Part shown: piece by piece, positions 63,188-64,000 of the stretch
Position numbering within the stretch: the first letter of the stretch is position 1
How the letters are laid out: each line of letters begins with the position of its first letter
Source: Pseudomonas phage pPa_SNUABM_DT01
DNA length: 64,000 nt
Reading direction: 5' to 3' (one strand)
Sequence record: MW735835.1
Translations under genes and position numbers: made by a program
The notes under the pieces: model-generated
The model's database searches: none
The model's input: only the letters and a program-made list of their open reading frames with translations
What the model was told of the DNA's origin: nothing

Positions 63188-64000
63188 CCGCATCGCTATT
63201 GAAGCCGCCCTGCCAGTCGCTCAGCGTCTGGACGAGCGCAAGCTGCGCGTTCTGCCTGACCAGAACACCCCGCTGCTGAGCCTGACCATGGCCGTGGACC
63301 ATACCCTGGTCGACAACGCCTTGGGCAACAACAGCGACATCGTGGCTGTCCTGCAATCCCGTTCCAACGGCGACGCCCACCGCGTGGCCAAGGCCGACAT
63401 CATCCGTCTGGCCTCCCTGTCCATCGCCCGTCTGCACGACGTGACCCGCACCACCGTGCTTCCCCACATCAAGGAAGTCGCTGCCAAGGTGCAGGAGTAC
63501 GTCAATGCCCGTCGCCTCGAGGCTTCCCTGCCTTATTCCGTGGTGATGCGTGAAGTGCCGCCGGTGTATTCCAACGCCGCGCTGCGCACCCTGGCCGAAC
63601 GCTATCCCGCTGCCTCGCAGCTGGACTACATCGTCCGCAACATCGCTCCGATCACTCTGGAGCGTGTGAAAGAACTGTGCAAGACCGGCATGGCTGGTTT
63701 CGACAGCGAACTCGACGTGACCCTGTCCCAGGGCAACAACGAAGGCTACGCTGAAGTGCTGCAAGTGCTGACCGGCGCCAAGGGCCCGCAGCAGATCTGC
63801 CCGGACTACCTGCCCGGTGTCCTGGTGACCGCTCAAGCTCTGTATGACGCCCCGGAACCCGGCGTGCAGATGACCCTCGTTGAATACAACGACCAGGTCA
63901 ACCGCCTGCTGGCCCGTACCGCTGCGCTGGTGAAAACCGCTCAGCTGCGTTACGACGAGCAAGAGAAGTTCGGCAGCCTCTACAGCGATCGTCCGCGCGA
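63180..64000 (+). CDS. Hypothetical protein, partial (over 273 codons, continuing past the window end)
   Basis: The open frame starts ATG CTT AAC CGC (MLNRIAIEAALPVAQRLDERKL...) and has strong GC3 codon bias matching the phage genes. The competing minus-strand ORF 63162-63962 has antisense-like composition. Confidence 0.55.
   Translation, partial: MLNRIAIEAALPVAQRLDERKLRVLPDQNTPLLSLTMAVDHTLVDNALGNNSDIVAVLQSRSNGDAHRVAKADIIRLASLSIARLHDVTRTTVLPHIKEVAAKVQEYVNARRLEASLPYSVVMREVPPVYSNAALRTLAERYPAASQLDYIVRNIAPITLERVKELCKTGMAGFDSELDVTLSQGNNEGYAEVLQVLTGAKGPQQICPDYLPGVLVTAQALYDAPEPGVQMTLVEYNDQVNRLLARTAALVKTAQLRYDEQEKFGSLYSDRPR

Noticed and set aside
1-64000. Search for CRISPR arrays, integrase/transposase, attachment sites or IS elements
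   Set aside because: No spaced direct repeats, recombinase motifs or terminal inverted repeats were seen. The window reads as contiguous phage genome.

Overview
The window is a densely coding, GC-rich stretch of what looks like a phiKZ-like jumbo bacteriophage genome. No rRNA, tRNA, CRISPR array, integrase or transposase was seen; whether the major capsid protein, portal or terminase lie among the large hypothetical ORFs cannot be judged from sequence alone.

Recognisable landmarks, all read directly from the translations:
- A 2106-aa protein whose C-terminal transglycosylase domain is KZ144/gp181-like (50444-56764).
- Two RNA polymerase large-subunit fragments: a beta-prime N-terminal piece with the ADFDGD catalytic motif (56840-58543) and a 1463-aa beta-like piece (58521-62912).
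- An endolysin with a peptidoglycan-binding domain plus lysozyme-like domain (13864-14634).
- Two tandem paralogous tail-fibre genes carrying ~47-aa 'NPHxTTKAQVGLG' repeats (26174-30210), with a small PAAR-like gene and a putative spike gene nearby.
- A Rad50/SbcC-like ATPase with a central CPNC zinc hook (32821-35289), a type-1 RNase H fusion (38001-39503), and a RecA/UvsX-like ATPase (40890-42497).
- A candidate i-spanin/o-spanin pair (37116-37943), an ATP-grasp protein (13072-13809) and a NADAR-like protein (46617-47201).

The standout is a roughly 11.6-kb co-directional minus-strand operon (14576-26177). It encodes six paralogous radical-SAM/SPASM enzymes, each with a CxxxCxxC motif in the first ~25 residues and a C-terminal Cys cluster. 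Interleaved with them are three cupin/2OG-Fe(II)-oxygenase-like proteins and several small or Cys-repeat ORFs: a 178-aa protein ending ...ICHTSCHTSCHS, a 62-aa ORF and an 89-aa ORF. This looks like an undescribed phage-borne peptide- or protein-maturation (RiPP-like) or hypermodification system.

Non-coding signals include a family of more than 13 GC-rich palindromic hairpins, many flanked by CATAG...CTATG, at gene ends, and a 19-nt T-rich motif (TTCTTTTTTCTTTGTCAGA) repeated after two hairpins. A lower-GC island at 8041-9860 carries small membrane-protein ORFs. Most other large ORFs in the supplied six-frame track are antisense shadows of real genes and were rejected.
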